Positions 25,604 through 40,079 of a DNA stretch of 64,000 bases are shown in pieces (positions within the stretch are counted from its first letter, which is position 1; each line of letters starts with the position of its first letter). The DNA is taken from assembly GCA_951406725.2 (NCBI GenBank), contig OX597835.1, positions 5,146,001-5,210,000 on the forward strand. The letters are read 5' to 3'. The DNA is from Octopus vulgaris (taxonomy: Eukaryota). The notes below the pieces were generated by a model. That model was not told the DNA's origin, did no database searches, and worked only from the letters and a program-made list of their open reading frames with translations. The position numbers were made by a program, and so were the translations under genes.

Positions 25604-27286
25604 ATGAGTAGTTGTATGTATGTTTATATATGGCTCAGTGGTTAGAGTATTGAACCATATATATATATATATCTTTATATATAAAAGTGAGGGTGTGTGC
25701 TGTCTGTCTCCTACGATTTAGATTCCTAACTACTCCCACATTTTGCGGTGCAGTGTAACCAAAAGCGGGTATCTGATAGTCGTGATTCATATCGAGCCCT
25801 TCTGGGTATTAGCGCGCATCTACGATGAGTCTACGATTTAAAAAAAAATTTCCCATCAATTTTTCCCATTTTTAATGCAGTTTTGGCATATATAAGGGAA
25901 GTAACTCTCTAAATATTTATTATTTAATCTCAGAACGTAAAAAGCTACAGTAACCCCCCCTTGTGGTTAGCCATATTGAGATGGCTATTATACTTTACAT
26001 CTCTAAAAATGCTTATATAGTTATTTCCCTTACAAACCCGAGCAACGCCGGGCGATACTGCTAGTATATATATATATATGAATAAATAAATAGGCTCTGC
26101 TATATACATTGAATACTTTATTTTCATGTTTGAAAATGGATATACATTTAGACATAATATAAGGTTTCTAATTTTCTTTCATATCTTCTTTTTTTTTACC
26201 ATTTATCAGGCGTTACAATAACTTCTTTGAGGGTGAATTTGTCCTGTACAAGCATAAAACCTTACCATATGAGGTAATTATACAGTATTTCTAATTGACA
26301 TTTTTTAAATATCTAATGAAATGTACTGCTTCTGTCTTTTAATTAACTTCCAAATAATAAAGAATTTGTAACAACTTAAAATTTCAAATAAATTTATTTT
26401 ATTATGGGGTAGGACCGTCTTTGGCAGTAATTACAGCTTGAATTCTATGAAGTATGGACTCGTACAAAGTTTGAATTGTTTCCAAAGGAATTTTTGTCCA
26501 TTCTTCAGCTAAACCAGTCTCCAGTTCTTGCAGTGATGATGGTGGGGGATATCGACTCTTTACTTGTTTTGCTAAAATGCGCCATAAATGTTCAATAGTA
26601 TTGAGATCTGGGGACTGTGGTGGCCAGATAAGATGTTCAACTTCACTAGAATGTTCCTCATGCTATTCAGTAACAACTTTAGCTGTTTGAACTGGTACAT
26701 TTTCATCCTGAAAGATTGTGTTACCCTCTAGAAACAGTTCTCCAACCATAGGATGAATTTGATCAGATAAAATGCTTAAATAGTCTTGACTATTAATTCT
26801 GCCATGAAGGGAAACCATTGGGCCTGTGGATTTCTAAGATATTTCAAAATTATGATGCTATGATGTTTCCATTATTTTGTCCAACCCCTGTATATATATA
26901 TAGGTGCAGTCAGGTCTCTATGGTGGTAAGAAGTTTGCTTCCTAACCACATGGTTTCAGGTTCAGTCTTACTATGTGACACCTTGGGCAAGTTTCTCCTA
27001 CAATAGCCCCGAGCCAATCAAAGCCTTTAGTGGATTTGGTAGATTGAAACTGAAAGAAGCCTATTATATATAGTTATATATATATATTTCTCTGTTTGTT
27101 TGGTGTCAGTGTTTGTCCCTCTTCATTGCTTCATAACAGGTGTCAGTGTGTTTACATCCCTGTAACTTAGCAGTTCAGAAGAGGAAACCAATGCGATAAG
27201 TGACTTGCTTAAAAACACACACAAATGCCGCGATTGACTTATTTGACTAAAATTCTTCAAAATGGTGCATAACGAGAGAAACAAGT

Positions 27287-27341
<55 letters not shown>

Positions 27342-27885
27342 CATGATAGTAATAAATAAGTCATACAAGCAGTGCTATTTGTTTCCAGTCTTCCATGGAA
27401 ACATATCTAGTTATGGGGAAATATTACCTTATTTGGAAATAGCAGCAGGTTGGTAAAAGGAAGAGCCTCTGGCTGTCGGAAATCTGCCTTAATGACCTTC
27501 ATCTGATCCATTTCAGCCAAGAAAAGAGGATGTCAAAATATTGATACTGATGAAATGATGATCATATGTATATATATGTATATATATTATTTTGCAGATA
27601 CATTCATTCTACCGTAATTGCAATGGACGTGCTTCTTGTAACTGTGCTGTAGCTATTAAATCCGATGATGATGTCATTGTGTTTGACCGCTGCGGGGCAA
27701 GCGCTGGAGCGGTTGCTAAGAAATCAGAAATTCTAAGAAAGATTTACTTAAATGGAGAACTGAACCCAGGAACTAAAATCCTCCAGTTTGGAGAAGGAAG
27801 AAAATATCAGGTACGGTTGATTACTAACAGGTTGTCTTTTGTCTTGTCTTTTTAAAGTAACTCCATTTTTATGCATGTATCAGAA

Positions 27886-27936
<51 letters not shown>

Positions 27937-30710
27937 AGTAGTTGAATGAATTATTTTAGTATGGATAATTCGGTTAACCGATACCTGGGTAGCAAATTCA
28001 CATCAGAAAAACACGGTTGAGGCTACATGCCAAGGGCAGAGATCACGTGCTTTTGTGTGGAAATTTGTGTGTTTTTTTAATACAAATAAATGAAAGAATG
28101 GAAGCATCAAGATGAACAAAAACTTTTAGATGACTGCCCACATGGAGCCCATAGCGATAATAGCGAAAGTAATATGCAGCATTTATATATACATATATGT
28201 ATGTATTTTTGTCTGTGCATGTGTCCATGAATGAATGTGTGTTCATGGTTCATATTTGTGTATGCATGTGTGTTTAATTCAGTATATATCTAATTGTATA
28301 TTATTCTCTGTTCATATCTGTGTGCTTGCATGGCTTTAACCCTTTAGCATTTAAGCCAGCCATGTCCAACCCAACTATTCTACTTCTTTTTTTTATTCAA
28401 ACTGGCCAGATCCAGCCACTTACACTTACCTTACAATGTCATTGTAGAAATATATTCAACCACTGAGCAATCCATAAAAACATAAATAACAATACATCCA
28501 TACAATGCAAACTCTCAAATCACACCCTACCTTCTTTAAAAATAAGAAGTCTCCATCGGATAGGATAGATCTGGCAATATTATGTTTGAAAAAAAATGTA
28601 TGAGAAAGGATGGTCATGATTGGAATGCTTTTGACTATAAGTATTGCTCAGTCAGAGTGAATCTAGAGCTAAACAACAACATCAGCAACTCTTCGTACAC
28701 TACATGTACAGAAATGACGAGGTTCAGATTGAACCTGTGAATATCCGGTTGAACTTGTGGTGCTACTAAATTAATCAGTAATGTTCTCATTACAGAAATG
28801 TGAAAATAATGTAAATGACTCTCTTAACTTTACCCTACAGGTAATTTTGCCAACAGGAGGAGTACTAACCATTCAAATGGTTAACCGTAAGAAAGCCAGT
28901 AAGTTTATAAACGTCTGGTTTAAGGCATCTGCATTGGATTTCCAGAATACTGAAGGTAAAGCTCTGGTTTATTCTTATCAATTATTTTTGTGTATGCTAA
29001 GCTAGATAAAGCTCATGTCAAACTATAATTAATAAAATCGTCTTAGAAAAACTTATATATGTTTGCAAAGAAGCCTTCACTTTCATCGCGACCTGGTGGT
29101 TGCCGCCCGTTGACGAGGGACAACAATCCCGAAACTAGTTCGAGTGTATCACTCAGGCTTGCGAGGAAGGGATGGCCTCCCTTTGCAAATACTCCAAGGA
29201 CACTGATATTGTGTCTAAAGCCAGCTAGAGACGAAGATCTCTTGGGGCTATAAAGCTACAGTAACACCCCCTCCCCAATGTGGTTAGCCATGATAAGATG
29301 ACTTCTATACTTTACATTATCGAGCGATTACTGTTTCAATCTCATTCTGAGATTTAATTATGCCGTCTTTATAATGTTATCTTTGTAATTTAATCTCTAA
29401 ATATATTAATATCACTTGTTCTTAATAAGATTATTGTTTTAGGAGACAGTTTACATCTCAGCGGTTAGAGTGTGAGGTAGTGAGTTCAATTCCTGGACTG
29501 AGCTGTGTATTGTGTTCTTGAGCAAGACACTTTATTTCATGTTTCTCCAGTTCACTCAGCTGTAGAAATGAGCTACAATGTCGCTTGGGCCAAGCTGTAT
29601 CAGTGTTTGTCTCCCTCAGATAACATCGGTGATGTGGAAAGGAGAGACTGATATACATGGGCGACTGCCGATCTTCCATATACAACATTACCTGGACTTG
29701 TGCCTTGGAGAGTAACTTTCTAGGTGCAATCCCATGGTCATTCATGACTGAAAGGGGTTTTTACCTCTTTTACCTAACATCTCCTGTACAGATAAAATAT
29801 TTATTTGATAACTCCATATACAGGATTGGTTGTGTGGTAAGTAGCTTGTTTACCAACCACATGGTTCCGGGTTTATTCCCATTGCGTGGCACCTTGGGGT
29901 AGTGTCTTCTACTATAGCCCCGGGCCAGCCAAAGCCTTGTGAGTGGATTTGGTAGACTGAAACTGAAGGAAGCCTGTCGTATATATGTATATATATGTAT
30001 GTGTGTATATGATTGTGTGTCTATATTTGTCCCCCAACATCGCTTGACAACCGATGCTGGTGTGTTTATGTCCCCATAACTTAGCAGTTCGGCAAAAGAG
30101 ACCAATAGAATAAGTACTAGGCTTACAAAGAATAAGTCCTGGGGTCGAGTTGCTTGACTAAAAGTGGTACTCCAGCATGGCCGCAGTCAAATGATTGAAA
30201 CAGGTAAAAGAGTAAAGAGTAAAAGAGTAACCAGTTTGATCTCTGATCAGTTTGATACTTAAACAGTTTCATCTCTACAAAAAAAGACCCCTGTTGATAA
30301 TTAGATATATCAAATAGATACAACACAGTGTATGTGTAAATAGGGATATCAAACAGGGGAACAATACCAGACATTCTGAAAACCAATATGGTTGAGTAAA
30401 TCCAACCCCTGCACTTGTACCATATTCTAACATTTCTGAAACAATTAAAAGGAAAGATAGGTTTCAATAGGCATGGTTGTGTGGTAAAAAAACTTGCTTC
30501 ACAACCACATGGTTCCAGGTTCGGTCCTACTGCATGGCACCTTGAGCAAGTTTCTTCTAATATAGCTTTGAGCTGACGAAAGCCTTGTGAGTGGATTTGG
30601 TAAATGGAAACTGAAACAAGCCCATCATATATATGTTTATGTTATATATTTTGGTTGTTTTGTGGAACACATTTCTACTGTCTATGAAGAAGTTGGAATC
30701 AAATAAACTG

Positions 30711-30757
<47 letters not shown>

Positions 30758-33700
30758 AGTGTACATTGATTGCTACTTTCATTTCCAATTGTCTTAATTA
30801 TATCAATTTTCTTACATTAATAGGCTTGTGTGGCACCTTTGATCATAACACGAAGAATGATCTCTTAATGTCCGATGGACAGACATTAACAACCACTAAA
30901 TCTCAACCAAATAAGTTCTCACTAAGCTGGAAGTAAGAGAAATATTTTTAATATTATGTTTGCTTAACCCTTTAGTGTTCACATTATTCTGCCAAAATTA
31001 ATCCGTTTTTATCCACATTGTTTTGAACTAATCATGCATTATCTTGTAGCTATGAGATTTTGATGAGGTAACTGTGAATGTTTTAGAATGACATTGTAGG
31101 GTTGGTGTGAGAGACCAGATCTAGCCAGTTTGAACATAAAACAGGCAGAATACTTATGGCCGGATATGGCCGGTTTAAATGCTAAAGGGTTAAACCCATG
31201 TCAGCCAACATTGAACAGATCTATAGTCAATCGCAGCTCCTATTATTATTTATGGTTGCCTGGAAATCTTGTTAGCTGCTGCTTCCTTTGTCTGCAACTC
31301 ATTGCTCATTTTTAAGGTACTGCTATGAGAAGATATTTGCTACTTAATGGCGCTATTCCAGGGCACTGAAGGCACGTGGCTCAGTGGTTAGAGTGTTGGG
31401 CTCACAATAGTGAGGTGGTGAGCTCAATTCTTGGACAAGGCTGTGTGTTGCGTTCTTGAGCAACACACTTTATTCTACATTGCTCCAGTTCACTCAGCTG
31501 TAGAAATGAGTTGAGATGTCATTGGTGCCAAACTGTATCAATCTTTGCCTTCCCCTTGGATAACATTGGTGGCATAGAGAGGGGAAAAGGGTATTCTTGG
31601 GCAACTGCTGGTCTTCCATAAACAACCTTGCCTGGATCTGTGTTTCAGAGAGGAACTTTCTAGGTGTAATTCCATGGTCATCCATGGTCGAAGAGGGTCT
31701 TTACCCTTTTATTTATGACAGCAATGAAATAAACCTTGATGTTTTCTTCATAATAAGCAAAAAGAATCTCATCTCATCTAAGTTGTCCCATAGGATGCCC
31801 CTCATAGGGGTTTCGGTTTTGCATACTATTGGCGTCACAGGGTGCTGCTCCATGTGGTCCCACAGTTTCCATCTAATTAGGAATATTAGGGTCTCATCCA
31901 TTGTCTTGTATTCAAGATCCTCTGCATGACATCCTGCTAGTTCAAAGCCAGGAATCTGGTCTGTTAGGTCCTGCAGATAACTAAATCCACACCCTGCTGC
32001 CATTGCTTCGATTTATTGTCATTAAGGTTTTGTCTGTCTCCTACCCTTCAACATGTCTGGCCTGGTAAGACCTGCCTGAAGATTTCTCTCCCTCCAGCAT
32101 AGCACTCCAAGTCAATGGAGCACACAGGCACTTCACCACAACAAGGTACTTGTTGAATTGGCTGTTGACTACACAGTAGTTCTTCCGCCCTTTGACAGGT
32201 CTTAGTTTTCATCCCACAGGGTGCCCAACAATCACTCTCCTCACCAAGCAAGGTTGATGGGGTTGCCAGTTTAGTCACTGACGACCCGACCATGAGATTG
32301 GTTGTACTGGGTTACATGTTACCAGTAGTGCTCAAGAGCAACCTGACATTATACAAAAAATAAACAAATTATACTTATTCATATATATATTAGTGGCTGC
32401 TCCCTCGTTATCGAGTATGGCCATTGCACGAAGCTTAATCAATGTTGTTATCGTGCAATGCCTGTGCAAGAAGATTTCTTTTAAAGTGAGGAAAGGCTGT
32501 GCACTGAGTCAATCCCACTCACTGAGCAACAGCAGCCATAATCCGAAAAGAAGAACAAGTCAACAGCATCGGTAACCACTGAGCCGCAGGTTTTATGTCG
32601 GAGTTATCCCAGTTACCTGAGTTACCTTCTCCTAGAAGGATGCCCTAACAAAGGCTAGGAGTCCTTCACTCCCAATAGTTTAACCGCGCGATCGGGTATT
32701 CAGTCCGATTATTTCTATGTCCCCGCACATGATACAGCCTTAAGACATTTATTGGATGGCCATTGACTCTCAAGAGTTCCTCCGCCTCTTGACGGGTTTT
32801 GTTTTTCATCCCGCAGGGTGACCAATAAACACCCTCCAAGCTTGGTGGGTTGCTGGTTTAGTCGCCGACGACCCGACCATGCAACGAACTGGATTGGAAA
32901 GATCTTCACTCTTAAAATGTTCACTTGTGCTGATCCTTATTCATTTCATCCATGAAGTCCAAACAATCAGATATTTTACTTTGCCACTTTCCTTAATCTC
33001 CTCCTTAATCTCCTCCTTAATCTCCTCCTTACTCATACAAGTTGTGGTGCACCTGAGCATTGTATACAATAATTTCATTATTAACCTTCCACTGTCAGCA
33101 AATACAAGGTTTTCCATTTGTGGCTCACACTGATGGAATTATTGTTCTTTTATTCATAACCTGTTATATTTGGTACCCAGCACCACCTTCAACTCATTTA
33201 TGCTCCATCCAATCTATCACCCCAAATCCCAAAATCTATGCCCATTTCCTCCATTTGTAAATCCTTGTTTTTGTTAACAATCACTAAATAAGAAATATTT
33301 TATTTTTAACAGAGTCTATGAGAAGGATTCTTTATATGATGGCTTCTGTGGAGAAACAAGTCAGAAAGATTCAGACAAAGAGATCTATTGTTCTTGTGGT
33401 CAAAAGATGCCTGCAATGTGTGGCCGTGGGTTTGATCTGATGTCCTGTGATGCTATTAATGAAAGGCTGAATGGCTCAAAAGTAGAAATTAAAAATGGTA
33501 GAGGAAAAGGTAAATCAAATTTGTCTCTAATTTCACATTTCATCTTTTTCCTGCTCGTATTATCACCACCAATCCTTCATCATTAATAATCACTGTTACT
33601 GAATAAAAAATGCTAAAGGTATGCAATTATTTGATATGTTTTTATGAACTTGTTTTGTTTTTGGATTTTTCACTGGTGGGCGTGGGGTGTGTGTGTGTGT

Positions 33701-36700
33701 GGGGGGGGAGTGTTCTGGAGGAAGAGGGGAGTGTTCATGGTTTTTTCCAATTCTCGAAGGTTAGTGAGATTGATGCTGTTGATATTTATCTCAAAGCATT
33801 GTAGGTCAACACCAGTGGGAAAGACAGGATGAGGGGAGGAGAGGAGAAGAGCAGAAACAAATGAATCAGGTGATGAGCTGGTTGAATCGTTAGCAGGTTG
33901 GGCGAAATGCTTAGCGGTATTTCGTCTGACTTTACATTCTGAGTTCAAATTCCGCTGAGGTCGACTTTGCCTTTCATCCTTTCGGGGTCGATTAGATAAG
34001 TACCAGTTACGTACTGGGGTCGATATAATCGACTTAATCTGTTTGTCTGTCCTTGTTTGTCCCCTCTGTGTTTAGCCCCTTGTGGGCAATAAAGAAATAA
34101 GAAACAAATGAATCAGGAATGCTCAGGCGTAGGGGTCACAAGTGTGGACAGCTGTGAAGAGAAGATGCTAGCAAAGTAGGGGTAGAAAAAGCATAGAGAG
34201 GACACAGAGCACCCGTGGGCCAGAATCTGGTTACCTGTGAGTGACTTTATGTCAATCTGTTGGATGATTGTTTTCTGGATGCAGTCTACAATGTTTGTGT
34301 GTGTAGCACTAAGCAGTAGAATTGTTCCAGGCATAGAAGTAAGACTCCATTGTGGAACACACCCGAGTTTTGTACTCTACCAATATTTTATTGAGTTAAA
34401 TTACATCATTATCTCTGTTTACAGCAAAAGATATTACTGAAATGCTACTTAAAGAGGCTGCTGTCACTGGGAAATGTGTTTCAGAAGATCAAAGAGAAAT
34501 ATTTGAAGTCAACCATAACTATACTAGTCCTGTAAGTAAAATAATATCTTGCTTATTCACCACCACTACATCATATCCTTCCTTTTTCTGTGCTTCTTTC
34601 TTAGGTCCGTATATATGTTTGTATGTCTGTACTTATGTGTGGTGCATGGCTTAGTGGATAGAGAATCAGGCTCACACTCATGAGGTAGTGAGTTCAATTC
34701 CTGCACTGGGCTCCTTGTTGTGTTCTTGAGCAAGACACTTTATTTCATATTGCTCCAATTCACCTGGCTGTAGCAATGAGTTACGATGTCACTGGTGCCA
34801 AGCTGTATCAACCTTTACCTTTCTCTTGGATAACACTGTTGGCGTGGATAGGGGAGGCCAGTATGCATGGGCGACTACTGGTCTTTCATAAACAACCTTA
34901 CCCAGGCTTATGCCTTGGGTGGAACTTTCTAGGTGCGATCCCAAGCTCATTCATGACTGAAGGGGGTCTATACCAGCATGGAAAGTGGATGTTAAATGAT
35001 GATGATGGATGATGGTTTATAGGTTTATATATGTGTGTGTGTGTTGGCATATAATGATGATGATGATCATCATCATCATCGTTTAACATCCATTCTCCAT
35101 GCTAGCATGGGTTGGACGGTTCGACCGGGGATCTGGGAAGCCAGAAGGCTGCACCAGGCTCCAGTCTTATCTGGAAATGTTTCTACAGCTGGATGCCCTT
35201 CCTAACGCCAACCACTCCGTGAGTGTAGTGGGTGCTTTTTACATGCCACCTGCACAGGTGCCAGGTGAGGCTGGTATCGGCCACGGTCGGATTGGTGCAT
35301 TTTATGTGCCACCGGCACGGAAGCCAGTCGAGGCGGCACTGGCTTCGGCCACGATTCGGATGGTACTTTTTATGTGCCACCGGCACGGAAGCCAGTACGG
35401 AAGCTGTGTATATATAGTTGTGTATGTATGTAGGTATGTGTCTACTTACCTACCTATTTACCTCTCTCTCTCTCTCTCTCATTCTACTCTATCACTTCTC
35501 TCTCTTTCTACTTTATCTCCTTCCACTCCCAACATGCAACTTCCTCCTCCTTCTACTCTAGCCTCTCAAGTTTCTTTCTCCTCCTTCACCAATTTCACCA
35601 TCTCTCTCTCTCTCCATGTCAGCATGCATGTCCACATTAACAGTGCAGTGACATTTATTTGTGCCCTCCATAAAATTAAACATCTCACTCAGTGGTCCAA
35701 TGTATAAATTCCATTTGGAATAAAGAACCCTTCTTGAAAACATGAAGGCAAGGCATCAGAAATACTGCTTCAACACATCTCCTCTAATCTCACTCTCTTA
35801 GCCCCTCATTGTTAATCTCACTCTCTTAGCCCCTCATTGTTAATCCCATTCTCTTAACCCCTCACTGTTAATCCCATTCTCTTAACACCTCACTGTTAAT
35901 CCCATTCTCTTAACCTCTCACTGTTAATCCCATTCTCTTAGCCTCTCACTGTTAATCCCAGTCTCTTAACACCTAATGTTAATCCCACTCTCTTAACCCC
36001 TCACTGTTAATCCCACTCTCTTAACCCCTAGTCCTACACTGCTTTATTTTTCACAGAGTTTTGAACTATTTCTTTTGGTTTCTTAATAATATTTTTATCA
36101 TTTACTTCTTTCTTTTGTAGGATGTTAAATGGCCAACAACAAGTGGAATCACAGAAGAAAATGCCCGCGAGTATTGCATGGACTTCATTCGGCAGAGCAA
36201 GTCAGGCCAATATTGTGAGAAAGTTAAGGACGTGAGCTTTTCAAATGTAATAGCCTCATGCGTTGAAGATATCAAAGTAAGTTTAACTGATGTGACTATC
36301 CTTGTTGTCGTTACCCTTGCCATCATCATCGTTGTCATTATTTTTTCATCATCATCATCATCATCATCATCATGACAACATTATAACTGATATTGTTGGT
36401 TTCATTCTCATTTTTCATCACTATCATTCATTATTAATCATTATTATTACTATATATTTACATGGAGCACACAGGATATAAAGAATACAAACCAAAAAAT
36501 ATATATAAAGAGATTAATTAATTTTTAACTTAACAGCTGTTTCAGGAAGCCAAAAGTTGTGTAATAATCATATCTTGCAGGTATTATATGCAAAAAGTCA
36601 TGGGGTCATGGGTATGCAATCAATGACCAGGAAGATAGTGCAAAGAAATCATGCTCCCCTTCTCAAGAGAAGTTTGGCTAAAGGAGGTCATTTTGTATTG

Positions 36701-38579
36701 CTAGCAAATATAAAGAGCTGAAGGGAGAGAGAAAGCAGAATGAAATCATAGAATGGGGAGTAGTTAAGATATGAAATAAGAGGAAGAACAGCAATCACAA
36801 CATAAGGTGAAATGATATGTCTATAAAATCTTGATCTCCAGATTAAGCAGGACCTTGGAGAGTATGGCTGAAGATTGCGATGTAAATTCTTTCATTTGTT
36901 TCAGTCATTTGACTGCGGCCATGCTGGGGCACCGCCTTTAGTCGAACAAATCGCCCCCCAGGACTTATTCTTTGTAAGCCTAGTACTTATTCTATTGGTT
37001 CCTTTTGCTGAACCAATAAGTTACGGGGAAATAAACACACCAACATCACTTGTCAAGCAATGGTGGGGGTACAAACAAACACACACACACACACATATAT
37101 ATATGATGGGCTTCTTTCAGTTTCCGTCTGCCTAATCCATTCACAAGGCTTTGGTCAGCCTAAGGCTATAGTAGAAGACACTTGCCCAAGGTGCCATGCA
37201 GTGGGACTGAACCAAGAACCATGTGGTTGGTAAGCAAGCTACTTACCACACAGCCACTCTGGTGCCTAAATATTTATTTCTTTTATCTAAGTGTTTTAAA
37301 AACGTATTATTTCAAATGAAACAAGTTTTACACATTAATGCATAATATTGTAATTAAGGACTTGGTATATCTAATTAAACACCAATATACTAAATCACTC
37401 TCTTCCCTGTTTCCATGTATATTTCATTGTGATCTTTGTTGTTATTGTTATTGTAGCTCACCGATGACAAGTCTTGGGCTTCGTCTGCTTTAGAGAACTT
37501 AAAAGAACAATGTTTGACTTCGATTGAAAACAATGTTGACTTGTGGATAACAGTGAATGGATCAAGAGGACCACCAATAAGTATTATTGAGTCCATGTGT
37601 CCCAATGACTGTAGTCAAAATGGAAATTGTAGTAAAGGTGAGGAACTTACTGATTTGCTTTGACAATTCATTTAGTTTATATCTTTTAATCTTTTAATCT
37701 TTTACTTGTTTCAGTCATTTGACTGCGGCCATGCTGGAGCACCACCTTTAGTCGAGCAAATCGACCCCGGGAATTATTCTATCGGTCTGTTTTTGCCGAA
37801 CCGCTAAGTGACGGGGAAGTAAACACACCAGCATCGGTTTTCAAGCGATGGTGGGGGGACAAACACAGACACACAAACACACACACACACATACATACAC
37901 ATATATATACATCTATACGACAGGCTACTTTCAGTTTCCGTCTACCAAATCCACTCACAAGGCATTGGTCGGCCCGAGGCTATAGCAGAAGACACTTGCC
38001 CAAGATGCCACGCAGTGGGACTGAACCCGGAACCATGTGGTTGGTAAGCAAGCTACTTACCACACAGCCACTCCTGCGCCTATAATAATAATATGCAAAC
38101 CTATGTTTATAAATAATGACCCCAGCGATCCAGGTGATTGCATCTCTAAGAGAAATCCTCCACTGGACCAATCAACTTGTCACTGTGTTTCCAGGGAAGA
38201 ATATGAAAGGAATTGTTAGTTTCTTTCTTGCATGCTTACATTTCTCTTAAGACAATAGCAACTTTTGGAATATTAATCCAGTTTCAAACGCCACACATGA
38301 TGCAGGAACATGACAAAACCATGATCTTGGGTTGATCCTGTCAGGACACTGCATCTTTCACAAAGTCCTTTGCTTCCTAAAACTCACCAACATTACGCTT
38401 ATTGTACCTGTGCACTCTTTCCTTTTTATGACTCCTTTTAATCCCTTTTCTGTCCTTTGTGTATTATTTTGGGTGCTATTCATATACTTTTGACTTACAG
38501 TTAATATCAGGGTAAATCTTAAACAGTTAATCTTAACCAAATAGCCATGTCTATTGTATGTATGTACAGACACACACAC

Positions 38580-38637
<58 letters not shown>

Positions 38638-40010
38638 GGGAATACAATTCCAAACTTACAAGGAAAAATTCAATTTAGCAATTCTAATAAAATTTCACAA
38701 AATAAGATATATGGATATAATTTAGAGAAAAAAACCTCTATTAAGCAATTTAATAGTGAAAGACATTATTCACACCATATAGAAAACATATACTATTAAA
38801 AAACCTTATACTAAAACTCAATAAAGTACATCTATATATATAAAACTGTAGTCGTGTGAGTGTCTGTCCCCTTCAATTTAGATTCCTAACTACTCCCACA
38901 TTTTGCGGTGCAGTTTAACCAAATTCAGGTATCTTATAGTCGTGATTCATATCGAGCCCGTCTGAGTATTAGCGCACATCTACGATGAGTCTACGATTTT
39001 AAAAATAATTTAACATAATTTTTTATTCCATTTTAATGCATAATTTTTCGTGTGTCGATGGCGGCGGAGTTGGCGTCCATGGTCACACCTGCACCTGTTT
39101 GCTTCTCCTCCTTCTTCCCTCCCTCGTGAAGCTGTGGGGAAGGGAGTGTAAGGAAATCAACATCGTAAAGCGTTGTCAAGGAGACCAGCGTTCTTTTAGA
39201 ACAACGACTTCATGGCTTGAAGACACCAAAACAGGAATGGCTAAGAAAGCCCGAATTAGCATCTCTAAAAATGCTTATATAGTTATTTCCCTTACAAACC
39301 CGAGCAACGCCGGGCGATACTGCTAGTAAACAATAAATAGTCTTTCACTATTGAATTGCTCAATAGGGGTTTTTCTCTAAATTATATATATATATATTCT
39401 CATCACACTGTTGTACTTCTTTATGTCCTTAACATGTCCCTGTTACCAAAGACTGTATATATACATGTAATGTGACAATTATGTAAATTTTTTTGAATTC
39501 ATAATATTCTATGTTACTTTTGACAATCTTTTTCCAAAGAGTGAAACCGGTTAAGTAAATAAACATCTTTTAAATTGCATTTTCAAACCTTCTTTCGTAT
39601 ATATATATATATATATATATATTATGTGAAATAGAAAGATGAATAATCTTGTAGTAGATTAATCAAAAGTTTAACCGATACCTTAATAGCAAAAATCACA
39701 GCAGTAAAACAGCACGGTTGGAGGTACAACCATATGGTGTTGCAACCGTGCGTTGGTGCGGATAATTGAAATTAGAACATTATTGGTGAATTGAAGAAAT
39801 GGAGCTGAACGCAGATTGAACAGAAATCGTTTTATTTCATTCTACACGTGTTTCGAAAGGCACAAATTACCAAAATCCGATGGAATAATGGGACCATATT
39901 GTGTCTTTCTCTTCAGGAAGAAAATAGGAAATCCGTTGGAAAAACAAAAACAGAACAGAGGCGGAGCAAAAACAAATCGAACTATGCTCCTAAGAGCCCA
40001 TGGCGAAACT

Positions 40011-40079
<69 letters not shown>

